Below, in pieces: positions 1-12,711 of a stretch of 55,841 nucleotides of DNA (position 1 is the stretch's first letter; the number at the start of each line of letters is the position of its first letter). The notes under the pieces were generated by a model that was not told the origin of the DNA, made no database searches, and saw only the letters and a list, made by a program, of their open reading frames with translations. The stretch is from Seison nebaliae. Taxonomy: Eukaryota. A program made the translations under genes and the position numbers. The stretch lies in NCBI GenBank assembly GCA_023231475.1, contig JALJEE010002827.1, positions 1 to 55,841 of the forward strand. The letters are read 5' to 3'.

Positions 1-871
1 CCAAAGTATGAGCCTGGCTAATAGCTTGGCTCGAGCTTTGTATGTATAGGACTCTTATCATGTCTGGATTTTTTTTTTCCATGATGTATAGAGGACTCGA
101 GTTTTTTCACTTTGGACTCACGGATCATAATCACAGCACTACCGATAATTCCTATGAATTACCTCACCTCAACAAATAAATGAATTATTAAAAATTTCTA
201 ATGATTTTTATTCCTCTCAAATTACTCAACATTAGTTGTTGGTTTACTTGAAAATAATGGAACAACAATTATGTTTGTAGTATGGGAGAATGTAAAGTGT
301 CGATTCGGATCGGAATTAAACGATGAATAATTGTTCCAGGCTGTTGACAAATGAATGTGTGGTGCATAATAGTCTAATTCCTAATTGATTTGCTTACATC
401 TGTTCAACTTCAAACTTAACGACATTTCCAACAATTTTAATGATCATTCCATCATATAATTATCAATTATTTCCTTCTTTTTTTTGCATGTGGACATATC
501 ATATGATATTTTAACATCAACAATAGATTGATGAGTAGACATAAAAGAAAGTGATAGAGTGCAAATTAAATAGATTAGATGATTCGTCAGAATATTGATG
601 AATTGGATGAACGAGAGTAAGTGCATGAAATGATGAAATCAATTTACTCTCATTTCTCTTTCTCTTCAAATACTTTCTTAACTCCATTCTGTCAATATGC
701 GAACGAAATTAATTTATCGTCTATACGAACAATGTGGAAATTAATCAGATTGCTGACCATCATCACAATCGCTTCATTATTCCAATAAACATTTGTTTAA
801 AGAACAAATCATTCCCCATTATCATTCAACTATTCGTGCTAGTGGATCTCACTTATGTCAACCTCATTTCA

Positions 872-3674
872 ATGCAACAATTACTGATAATCTTTTCATT
901 GACAATTTCCATCCTCCTCATTCATCAATGTTGGAGCGCATCGGTTGGGGGAGGAAGTGGCAGTATCACCGTACTCAATAAAGGACAACGAGGCAGATAC
1001 AGTAGTGGAAGTAGTAGTAGTGTGAGTGAGACTCATAGTACGGGACAGATAAGTTCATTATCTGCCATTTTGGATGACGAGGAAAGATTAATTCGAGATC
1101 TACTTTATCGTTACTCTCCCAACATTCCACCCGTCCGACATCATCACGATGCAATTCTGTTGAAATTCGGATTGGAAATCATTCAACTTATCAATATGGT
1201 TTTTTTTCCTTCTTATTTCAAATATATTTTTTGGGTTCAAGTATGAAAGTTTGCAGATAATTAAAACCAATATTTGGTTACATATGGTTAATATTTATTC
1301 GTTTATTATTTCTCTCTACACTCATCAATTTGGCTCCGGGTCAAATTTGTTTAGTAATCACTTAAAATCTGAACTTTCATCTTTGAACTTTCATCTTCAA
1401 TTTAATCCCCTCCTCCTCTTTCCATTCAATAGAAATGGCATGATTATCGTCTAACATGGAAATCGCAAGACTATGGAAATATTCGCAGTATTCGCTTGCC
1501 ACCCGATCGTGTTTGGACGCCAGATATCGTTTTATTGAATAAGTTTCATTTTGAAAAAAAATCTTTTATTTTTCATTTTTAATAGTGGTGATGGAAATTA
1601 TGAAGTTTCGTACAAATGTAACGTAGTTCTCTATTCGAATGGAACTCTGTTGTGGGTACCACCAGCACTCTATAAGAGTTCCTGTATTATGAACGTGCAA
1701 TATTTCCCGTTTGACGAACAGGTTTGTGAATTACGATTCGGATCGTGGACATATCGATCGAACGGTCGTCTTATTTACGATTGGTTCGACGGATGTGATC
1801 GAGCCGATTTGACGGATTATGTAAAATCAGGAACATGGGACATTATTGATGGTACGGGAATAATTTATAACGCAAATAATTCAATTGAACTCGCACCCGG
1901 TACAACATCGATAAAAGAGACAAATTCAAAAATGATAACGAAAAATACGAGCGAGGTCGTTTTCCGTTTAAAATTGAGACGGAAATCTTTATTCTATGTC
2001 ATCAACATTGTAATTCCATGTGTGCTCATTTCATTTTTATCGATGTTCGTTTTTTATCTTCCAGCGGACGCCAAAGGGAAAATGACGTTGTCTCTCTCAG
2101 TTTTATTGGCACATATCGTTTTCATGTTATTAGTGACGCGATTGATTCCTCAAACGAGTGTCTACGTACCGGCATTGACCAGATATCTCTTACTCACATT
2201 CCTTCTCAATATTCAAGCGGTAGCTTGTACAATAATGATAATTAATTTAACATTTCGTTCTTCGTTGACTCATACTCCGATATCTTCGAAATTTTTCAAT
2301 TATCTTCTCTTTCAAGGCCTTCCTGTCATCCTGCGGATGAAGAATGAATTGAAATATCGAAAGGAAAAAAAAGAACAACGTTATTTAGAACGAGAAACTC
2401 TCCGAATTTTATATGTTCGTCTCCGCAAATTACATTGTCGTAAATGGGAGAAATTGAAGAGACAGGAACATAATTTAGAAATGAGCAGATCGAAATTTCG
2501 ACGATCAATCGATGAAGGAAAACAAATTCTTTATCGATTAAATAAATATTGTGAACGGGATGAAGAGAAAGAAGATAATTCGAAAGAAAACGAAAATAAT
2601 TCATCGAATGAATTTATTGATAATCGACCGAAAAGTTGTGATATCGTCAATCGATATCGAATCAATGACGGACATTTGACAAAAATCGAAGTAAAAAAAA
2701 ATCGGTTTGTGAAGCATTCAGACTACATCCCACCAGACCATTACAAACTCCATTATAATAACAAAGAAGAAATTTCAAATAAAGTGCCACGAAGTATCAG
2801 TGTGGATGAGAGGAAGATTAACGGAATAAATAAACAATCCATCGATCCCACCACCTCACGTCATATGTTGGAGACGCAATGGCTCCTCTCCCAACAAGAG
2901 AAACAATTATCAGATATTAAACATCGTCTCGATTCCATTCTCTTACATCGGATCGCCATAACGACGGCAAAATATACAAATTTCATAGCGAATCATGTCC
3001 GGAAAGATATTAGAAGTAAAGAAGTTAAGAAATTTTATTTAAAAACATTTGAAATTAAAATTAAATTTATTTTTTTTTAATATTTTTAGATTCAAGAAGA
3101 TTGGCGATTTATTGCACATGTCATATCGCGTTTGTTACTCATGACGACATTTTTAGTGTTCAGTGGAGGAACAGTTTATTATTTCTTAGAGAATCCTCTA
3201 TTATTCAAACGTTTCTTCTATCCAATTCTCATTCTCATTCCAAAATGGAGAAATAATCCTGCCAATCAATATGTCTTCAATGCTCCTCCCATTTCCGTTC
3301 TATCTTGTCACAATATCGCACAATCGTTCCGTCGTTTTGATATTGGACAACCAAGAATTCCTGGTAGTACTTCGGTGGATATTGTACATTTTCCGCCTAA
3401 TCTCCCTCGATTTATGTTACCGACGAATGAACTTGCAATTTCCAACAAGAATTTTCCACAACGACCGTATGAGATGGTGAAGAATATAAGACGACCGAAA
3501 TTCAGTGATTTGGAGAAAGATCGATTTCCGTTTAATTTGAAAAAAAAAAATTTTATTAGAAATCATTCATTCACACAATCACTCTCGTCTCCTTTCATTC
3601 CCATCAATCTCATCAAGAATTTGAAAGGAGATATCGGTCATCGTCGTGTTAGACCTGATTTCCCGTTGAGTTAG
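872..3674 (+). CDS. Nicotinic acetylcholine receptor subunit, non-alpha (invertebrate beta1/UNC-29-like), ~834 aa
   Basis: Exons 872-1198, 1242-1286, 1433-1542, 1586-3023, 3090-3674; all introns GT..AG with consistent phase. The 45-nt and 110-nt exons are typical of nAChR genes. Signal peptide MQQLLIIFSLTISILLIHQCWS; motifs WHDYRLTW, VWTPDIVLLNN, Cys-loop SCIMNVQYFPFDEQVC, FGSWTY, DYVKSGTWDII, RRKSLFY followed by TM1-3, and EDWRFIAHVISRL followed by TM4. No vicinal CC in loop C. Confidence 0.95.
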
Positions 3675-5141
3675 TGATGGAGTGACGGGGGATACTATCT
3701 AGTCAGTAATATAATAGCACGATCACAAATGACACGAGCACAACAATGAGAAGAAATGTTACGAACTGTTCTAGAAGAGTATCCGCCGTCATTCCTCACT
3801 GAAATTCACAAACGAATGAAAAAGTAAATGATGAACGTGGAGAGATTAATTCACAAAGACAATACACTAGAAATTATTGAAATTGCCATTTCCTCTCGCT
3901 AACATAGAGAACCGATAAGGGAAAAATGTCAATTCACAATATCAGCAGTTGGTGAGAAGGCAGTGGAGCATAACGAATGCAGACGGAGGAGAGCGAGAAA
4001 GAAACGTCTGCAATTGTGAAGTTGTGTGGAGAATGTGCGCGTATTTCTGTGTATATGTGTGTGAGAGAAGAAATGAAATAATTGAATGAGAGGAAAATAA
4101 CGAATTCTTCTAACGAAGAAGAAAAAACAATCCTATATGTCAATCGGTGAAATTTTCGGGAGAGAGGCGAATAAAAATAAAAAATGAAAATCGTAATAAT
4201 CATAGTAAACGAGTGGAAAGAAGAAACGTACACAAAACGAAACACAGAGACACAAATAAATGAGAAGAAGAGAGTAGAATCGTGAAGTATGTTTGATACG
4301 CGGGAAAGGAAAATACAATTTGAAACGGACCAACGAACGAATTCGGCGAACTCTCTATGTTTAATAATGAAAAGAACTTTATTGGGGGAGAAAAAGAGAG
4401 AACATTCTTCGTTTTCTTTGGCGAACTGTAGAGAGCGGTTATACACGCTACTCCCGAACTAGGTCTCTTCTTTTCACACATCTCGTACATGTCCGCGTTG
4501 CTATTCATATATCGACAACTTTCTTTAACCGTTATGGTGGGTGATAAAATAATTAGAAAAAATAAAAAATGTTATCTCGTCAATGAGAATTTTTGAAAAA
4601 AGATTCAAATCTTAAGCTTTGTCCAAGAAAATAATCCAATTTATTTTTTAAACATTTCTTAACTAATTTTCATTGGTAGGAGATTTGTACCTATAACATT
4701 TTTTTTTCTAATTGCAATTCAGTATGATTCCTTCAAACAAAATCTTCACATTTCTAACTTCACATGACTTAACTTCCTAATACGTCAATTTTTTTACAAC
4801 AAGATTCTTTGAGATATATTTGAGAAAATATTTCGATTAAAAAGTTCCCTATAAGTTGATATGCTTAAAATGACTTCAAACAATTTTTCAGTTCAATAGG
4901 AAAGATGATTTGAAATATTTAAAATTTTGTATTATGATGGAAGAATAAATGAAAGAATTTGTGTTTAATCATTGATGTTGAATGAAGAAAGAAGAATTAA
5001 GAAAAGAAGAGGAATAAGAGTAAGAGAAGTTGGTGGGATATCCAAACTCAAATTTTTTTTGAATAAACTTTAAAGAATAATGAATACTTCACATTTAAAT
5101 TAGTTTAGGGGAGGGAGTTGATATAATTCCTTTGGTGTTGT

Positions 5142-7685
5142 TTACGTGTAGCCACGATGTCCCTTTGAATATACTTCAGGTGCTTTCTTTGTTCCATGGA
5201 GAACGATACGGAACGATTTCAATTGACCACGATTCTTAAAACGACCCACCTAAAATAATTGAATAAAAATAATTGAATATTTGAAGATTTGATTATAATG
5301 GAAATAACTCGGTCCATTATCTCCAAACGCCATTTACCTCTTGGATTCTCACCCCACGTATGTACCGACATAAAACTCCATCCTTTGAAACCAGAAGATG
5401 ATCCATCACTCTGTCTCTCGCTCAACATCATCGTCTCTTTAAATGAAAATTTTGGTAAATTTCGATTGTGAAAAATGAAAATTTAATCGAACCTGTGTTG
5501 GATGGTGACGTTAAATTGACGTGCAAATCACCACGTCTCGTATAATCGAGAGTGATGGATAATTGTACATGTTCCAGGAAATTGATTTCGTTCGATTCTC
5601 CTCGACAACCAGAAATGTTCATTTCAATCTCAACAGCCACTCTCGAATGGATGTCACTGTAAGAGAAGAATGAGAATGAGAGAAATTCAAAAAAAATAAC
5701 ATTGGGCGGAAGTTGATTGGTGAAATTTCACAAACTGATTTCGATGGAACACGTTTCCAGTATTTGGCATATTTGACAAGTTTATCGGCATCTAACAAAC
5801 CGAAACCGAATCGAGAATTCACTTGGAATCCTGCACCATTTCGCTTCCAACCGGCGTTCCTCGATAACGGAGCATAATCTGATGTCCATGCAACAAGATG
5901 TTGCATATCTCTCCATGTCAAATTTGGACTATATTCAAATTGAAAAGTTGAATAAAAATATTAATAAAATTAAACTTGGCTTGTAAAACTAATGCGAATA
6001 CTCCGGCTGCTAATGGAGCTGAAGCTGAAGTTCCTGTATGTTCATTTGTACATTTATTATGAATATCGGTCGTCGTCTAAATAAATGTTGAATAATTTTA
6101 TGAAAACTAAATTTTTTAATTCTATTAACAATCTTTGGATCGGTATATCTTCCCGATGAATAAGTAGTTGCCATAGTCGATGCACATTTCTCCGCATACC
6201 AAGGCGATTGTTGTTGTTGACTGGCGGATGAGATGGATATTGTATAGATGCTGCCTGTATAACCATCACAATCACAATTATCACCTAATCGACCACCATT
6301 TCCACTAGCCCATACATAAATTACTCCACGACCACCACGTCCCTTAAAAACGCCGAGTTTGAACGCTTCGGAAGCTAAGACTCCTGGTCCTTCTACAGTT
6401 CGTCCATCATCATTCGGACCTAAATTAATTTAGATGAATAATTGGAAAGAATAAAGAATAAAACCCCATGAAGCGGAGAAGATATCGATATGATCCAATG
6501 CATGAGTTAACGCTTGTGCTTCTATTCGATCAGTGACACGACCGTCCAACATTCTCACACCACCAATTTTCGCATCAAATGCAACTCCCACACCACAAAA
6601 ATTATTATTGGCCACCATAGCAATTTCTCCTGCACATCTCGTTCCATGTTTGTTTTCATTAGACCAGTCGTATCTTGGCATCGGATCATTATCATTTCCG
6701 TTTAAATCCGTACTTGCTTTCGGATCCTAAAATGATTATTATTATTTGAATAATTATTTGAATTTAAATTAATTTAACATAATTGGCACGAATATCAGTA
6801 TTATTCCATTCTAAACCATCATCTAGAACAGTAACAACAATTCCTTTACCAGTAATTCCTTTTTTCCACACTGGCATCACATGTAAATCCAGTCGAGTTG
6901 ACGGATTGTTATTTGTTGTTCTCAAATAGCCAAAACTTGCACTTCGACTCCTTGTGTTTTGACCCTGAAAATGGACATATATGGTGCTTGGGTGAAATTT
7001 TTGGGTAATCGTCTAACCAAATACCATTCGTTATGCCAATTTGGATCCACGAATCTCAACTGAATGTTATGTCCACTATATCGGCGATTGAATGATGTTC
7101 GTGGTCGATAAAATAGAGACGATGATGGTCGATACCGTCTCTTTTCACGATGTCTCGATTGTTGTTGTTCAATCCAATCAATCTAAAAGAAAAAAAAATA
7201 AGGAGATGAAGAATAGAAAGAAAATTAACCGATTGATGACTGCTGAGTTTTGTGTGATGAAATTCGGCTGAACGTTTAGATCGGGAACTAATTGCTGGAT
7301 GTTCAACGATGAACATATCAGGAAAATAAGCGTGAAACTGAAAAAGAAAATTTTTTTGAAAAAAAAATTCAAAAAAAATTAAATTAACATCGATAGCATT
7401 GTTGAAACCATGTTTCTTGAGATGATGATTGAGATGGTGAACGGAATAATTATTCTTCAGCTTCACAATCCATTCATTGAGATATACTTCATTCTTATGA
7501 TCGCTCGGAATCGTTTCACCGTCAGATGATGAGTGAGCAGGTTTCTTGAAATATGTTTCCGCATCTAAACTTTCATATGGATTCTCACCATCTTTCCCAT
7601 GATGTCTTATGGGAACATTCACCTTCTCGCAATATTGACACGTAATTAACATGAGGATAGGAAGGAAAGACTTAAAGAATTCCAT
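5142..7685 (-). CDS. PCSK1: Neuroendocrine/prohormone convertase PC1/3 (kexin-type subtilase S8 plus P domain), ~678 aa
   Basis: 11 exons: 7685-7389, 7337-7230, 7182-7018, 6964-6779, 6726-6465, 6419-6130, 6076-5976, 5928-5701, 5656-5493, 5436-5309, 5249-5142. Signal peptide; prodomain with RSKR and REKR sites; catalytic [18 protein letters not shown] and HTGTSASAP; oxyanion Asn in ASGNGG (PC2 has Asp); PC1-type SPWYAEKC and QHLVAWTS; P domain RRGDL and [12 protein letters not shown]. Confidence 0.95.
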
Positions 7686-9062
7686 CTTCCTTCAAAGTGT
7701 AATTGTTCTTCTGGGAAAGACGACTACGATGTTGATGATGTAGGAGAAATGAGAGAGATATGCGTTTCCTGTGTGGGTGCTTGCTTTTATAGCTGTGTGA
7801 TGGGAGAGATAGTTGTCAGAAAAATTAAGAATATTTTTCTTTTCTATTTCCTTTCAACGTTTCCCGTCAATAATATTCTTCCGATTAATAGTTTGGAATG
7901 TTCACCGGTGGACAATTTGGTTGTTTGGATTTATTTGATTACAAAAATATTGATTTCTCATACAATTCACTGTCCTGTCTCTGGGTGTGAGGGAGGAGAG
8001 AAAGAGATGAAAGAAAGTCAGTTTTCTTTATTGATATCAAACCGCAATGTGCGATGACGATGGAATGTAACGAGAAGCGTCAGATAAGATACTAATTCCT
8101 TGTGTCAATCAGCGGAAATAGTCAAGTGCATTCGGTAGTGTGTTCAATTTGATTTTGCACAAATTATTCTTCGATAATTCCTCCCTCCATATTTCCATCT
8201 GTGACGTCGTAGTGAGTTGACAGGCGAGAATTAAAAGAAATGTGACGGAAAGGTGAGATTTTCTCTCTTGCTAACTAGCTATTATGCGATATCTCCATTT
8301 CAATTAATTTCACAGGAATACTACTTAACAGCAGATGGTAGGCAGCTGGTGACGAAATGAATTGATGAACGATTTGTTCATTATCTATAACTGTTATCTA
8401 TCAACTCTTATATATACCTGTAAGTGGGGAAATTCATGTGTCTATATGGAATGATGTTCATTCGAACAATTTGCACGAACATCATATCATATTGATAATA
8501 CCAAGAGGAACGATCGTCAAAACAAAAACATTTTGTTAATTGCAAGAATTGTCGTCTCGTAAGAAGTAAATAAAGTGAATAAAATTCCGAAAATGATGGT
8601 TATCAAATGGTTCGATGACGATTCGAGATCGAAATCCGAATAATTCAAATCACACAAGCAAATCAAGCTAAAAAGAACAATAAATAAACGAGAGAATGAT
8701 CATTCCATTCTTTACATGTTCATCACTGTCGTAATCACAATTTCTAATTAGCGATGTCTTCCATTTCAACTGTTAAGAAGGAAGAATTAAATATTATTTG
8801 GGAAGAAGGATTAATAATGAAAAAATAATTTATCATTCATCAAAACTACTTTCATGCTATTTGTTACCATCTCTAATTATTGAAGTATGAATATCAATAG
8901 AATTGTGTGACAATCAAAAAAAATCTGTTAAGGGCCACTTCTGATCCAGCTGGAAAACCGGCTCCCACTCCTCCCCAACAAGGAACAAACAAAAACAATC
9001 TTCGATTATTCTTAAAGTTCTTTTGGAGATTCCACCAATTTCATTTTCACCGTTCACATATC

Positions 9063-9121
9063 AACACACACACTAACATTCATCCAAATCCATCACACAC
9101 ATACACACACATACACACACA
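9063..9121. repeat. Imperfect (CA)n/(TG)n tract upstream of PC1/3
   Basis: caacacacacactaacattc...cacacacatacacacacatacacaca read directly from the sequence. Confidence 0.7.
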
Positions 9122-9939
9122 AACATGTGGCAATTTCTATGAATTCCACAACTTTCCTTTTACAAATCTTCTCTCGCAATAATTATCGGACACTTGTTAT
9201 TCAAACGATTACTGGTTTCTATTTGTTCATCATATCAATGATTGGACATTTTTTACAATTCGTTTTGTTGGTGAAAAGAACCTTCAGAAGTTCCAAAGTA
9301 AATCATCACTAAATGATTCGTTAATTCCCGATAATTCTCTTTCATTCATTTTTATTTATTCGGTTATTTCCACTATTTATCTGACATTTCACTTCATTCT
9401 AATAGTTCAGTGTGAAACTTTACAGCTGCCGAATAATAAACACCTACTAATTTAGACGACTAGTGACAAAGATGGATAAAAAAGAAAAGAAGATGAAAAG
9501 AACAAGTTGGACACAATAAGAGAACGATATGAATGGTCGAAAGTTGAATGTTGGAGATTTATATGAATTATTACTAGGATTTTAAGTAGATAACGAACGT
9601 CGTCCAAAATCAAAATAATAATTAAGAAATAATTAAAAAACATCAACATTCTTTTTCGAATATTTCTACTTTCTCCTTTCTTATTTTTGTTGATTTGAAG
9701 CATTAACGATACTATGTGTAATGTTACGTTATCTTATGAAATTTATATCGAAATTCTTTTTGGCAAATTCGAAATTTTTCGATCAAAATTTCAATTCAAA
9801 ACGAACTTCCATCACTTCTTCCATTTTCCTCATTTTTCAGCCAAACAAAAAAAGAAACGATTTATTTATTTGATTTTAAGAAGAAAAAAACATATTCAAT
9901 TCTCATGAAATTCATATTCAACATATGACTGACTTCCAT

Positions 9940-11517
9940 TTAGAGACAGGAACAACTTTCAACATGAAAATTCATGATAGTTGATGCCAATGTATTTCCT
10001 GATGGTTTATGGAGGAATATGAATGTTTGAGCTCGTGTATGAAAAGGTCGGCAACAATGTTGTGGTCTAGTGTTGTTGAGCTTAAACGGAAACACTTCAT
10101 ATGCGGCTGTCGGTAAATTTTTCAAATGACATCCTCCGTCACACACATTGATGTAGAAACTACGAGGGGCAATTATGAAACGGAAACCGTCACCCCATTC
10201 ATCTAAATTGATGAGAACTCGTCTCATGCAACAACTCTCCAAATTGCCGTTGGTCTCATGACAATATTTCGTTTTCTTCGAGAATCTCTTTCGTATTCGA
10301 TGAGACGATTTGATATGATGAATTCCATCATAATTCTTATGGAACGGTGTGAACACTGGTGTCATATGAGGATTGTGTACGAATCTCATTAACATGTAAG
10401 TTTTGGGACGAGTTCGAACCACCATAACCGGTTTCCATTCCTTCATTGAAATCATACAAAAATATTTACAATTCTCTACATTTGAAAATTGGAGGAATAT
10501 GGAAAAGTTTTGAATTGTCTTTTTGTCTGTCATGTCGTTCAATTGTTTTAAGAATTTCTCGTCTAAATTAATCGTTATCCAATTGGTATTGAGAAACTCT
10601 TCGATTCGTTTCCGTTTTCCTGATTTCGGAACAATAATATTTGAAGTTAAATTTTTTATGGAATTCCAATTTTTATTTATTGTTTTAATTCGAAAGTTCA
10701 TTGAATTGAATTCGTGAATGATTTCCTCGATTTTCGACGATTCCTCAAATTTCCTTTTAAAGGAATTGGGGAAATGTGTATAGAAAGCAATTCTGGTAAA
10801 ATGAGTATGTTGAGTTAACATGGCTGGCGGTAGAAGATATTCGATGATGACTGCTTCTTTCGAATCTGATAAAAAAGAAAATTTTGGAATTAAAATAAGA
10901 AATGATAATTTTAAATTCAAAAAAAAATTAAAACTTTTCAATAAATTTCCGTTGATGGTCATGAGAGGAGGAATGATATTTTCTGCTTTCTCCAAATCCA
11001 AATGATATGCAGTTGAATTTATCGAAATTTCTTTATAGAAAATATTACTCATCTTATTGTGATAATTCGAACTGAAATGATTAGGAGAAAAATGATCGTT
11101 CGAATGGTCGATATGTTGATTAATATAACTAATCAATTTCATTTTACTTAAAAGTAGCATCCGATATTTGTTTATCGCTATATTCTTCCAATGTTTCGCT
11201 GACAATCCACATCGATTCCATAAATATATTTCACGTTCTTTCCCACTTAACAATTCACTTATCTGATCAATTGTTGAACGCTGAGAAGAGTTCGAAGTTT
11301 CTTTCCTCCAAATTCTTAATAATCGTTGTAACTCATCAAATAACGCCAAATTGAAATCAGTTTTATTTAGAACGTGGTCTCGAAAAATTTGAATTGCTTC
11401 ATCGTCCGCATTTTTCGGTAACTTAAATTTGTCGGTTTTTACTGAATGTTCGGAAAGAACGTAAAAGAATAAGAAAGGGTAAAACGCATTCCTCATGTTT
11501 AACAACGCGTTCTTCAT
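9940..11517 (-). CDS. TGF-beta superfamily ligand, 9-cysteine (activin/myostatin/TGF-beta) class, ~502 aa
   Basis: Hydrophobic N-terminus, long prodomain, furin site RIRKR, then a mature domain C-x9-CC...IIAPRSF...CDGGC...CCRP...VESCSC with 9 Cys. One probable 69-nt in-frame intron at 10934-10866 (GTTTTA..ATCAG, T-rich) that the ORF track reads through. Confidence 0.92.
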   Translation of the reverse strand: MKNALLNMRNAFYPFLFFYVLSEHSVKTDKFKLPKNADDEAIQIFRDHVLNKTDFNLALFDELQRLLRIWRKETSNSSQRSTIDQISELLSGKEREIYLWNRCGLSAKHWKNIAINKYRMLLLSKMKLISYINQHIDHSNDHFSPNHFSSNYHNKMSNIFYKEISINSTAYHLDLEKAENIIPPLMTINGNLLKSFNFFLNLKLSFLILIPKFSFLSDSKEAVIIEYLLPPAMLTQHTHFTRIAFYTHFPNSFKRKFEESSKIEEIIHEFNSMNFRIKTINKNWNSIKNLTSNIIVPKSGKRKRIEEFLNTNWITINLDEKFLKQLNDMTDKKTIQNFSIFLQFSNVENCKYFCMISMKEWKPVMVVRTRPKTYMLMRFVHNPHMTPVFTPFHKNYDGIHHIKSSHRIRKRFSKKTKYCHETNGNLESCCMRRVLINLDEWGDGFRFIIAPRSFYINVCDGGCHLKNLPTAAYEVFPFKLNNTRPQHCCRPFHTRAQTFIFLHKPSGNTLASTIMNFHVESCSCL

Positions 11518-12711
11518 TCTTGATATTATGGATAAAGTAAAATGTGATGAATTGGACTATGGATAACAGTTCAGAAAAATGTCTTACTAGCAATTTAATT
11601 ATATTGTAATGAGTCAGTTTCGTTATGATTTTTGGATAAATAAATTATAATTGTCAACTCAATCGTCATGTCATTTTGGTTAGGAATAGTTTTGTTTAAC
11701 GTCTCTCATTAACAAATCCCAAAGAAGGAACGGTTGCTCCAATTATTTGAGGAGATGGACTTTAACATTCTTATTTAACATAATTTTTCCGTAAAATTAT
11801 GGTAATAAATTCATGTTAAATTCATGAAAAACAAAGGACAACGAATGGTCATGCCAACTATTTATCGTTAATTTTCAAATAACCTGAATGAAACTGTAAC
11901 AAGGGAACCTCAAGAGGGAGAACACCTCCGAATAACTTGAAATTTTTTATACAAATAGATCATTAATTTTCATCCATAAAAATATTTTTTATAATATAAT
12001 GTAATTTGAATTCAAATTCAAGTAAAAAAATTAGAAAAGGATGGAAAGGAGAAAAATCCGGGAACTGGGACATTTTAACATAATTTTACCATATATTCCT
12101 TATATCGACCGATATTTTTAGTAATATTTTAATAATTTTTAGTTTCTGAGAAAAAATTCCTGTGAATGTTTGGTAAAATATTTACATGTTGTAAATTAAA
12201 ATTTTTTTCTTATAAAATGAAAGAATTTAATATTCTATAATACGTCGAATGATTTTATGAGGAATTTTAAGATCAGATAACGACGTTATTACGACAGAAA
12301 TGAACGACACTTATTCGACGATTGAACAATAATAATTTTTTAAATTTTTAATATAATTATGATGAAAGAGTAAATACTAATCCAACAAATCATTTAAGAG
12401 ACCATATGATGGAAAATAATGAATCTTTCAAAATTAATTTGATTCTTCCTTTAGCGAGTGATTGCTATCTGATAAGTGGTTCCTGAAATATGTGCCATTA
12501 GTGGAAATAAAAAAGCTTTAAATTAGAAAAAAATAAATTTTAAAAGTTGATTATTAGAGAAAAATGTTGAGATTAAATTATTAAAAATTTTTTAGCTTAT
12601 CGTTTTCCACGATTTCCCATTTCATTTGAACGAATTGTATCTCACTGTAATAGATTAATGATTTCTAAATTATTAATAATATAATTTAATATTTTAATTT
12701 TCTTTCATAGA

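Noticed and set aside
40..125. Three GGACTC motifs in a slightly GC-richer stretch at the window edge
   Set aside because: Irregular spacing and truncated by the window; a repeat or element call cannot be supported.
734..871. GTG/TTG-initiated ORF starts in the track (e.g. 734, 1551, 36453)
   Set aside because: Bacterial-style start calls; the real frames begin at an ATG or a splice acceptor.
3934..4446. 170-aa Phe/Ser-rich minus-strand ORF
   Set aside because: Low-complexity mirror of a purine-rich plus strand, with no motif and no ATG start.
10866..10949. Non-canonical GA..AG intron in the TGF-beta gene
   Set aside because: A phase-compatible canonical GTT donor exists at 10934, so nothing non-canonical is required.
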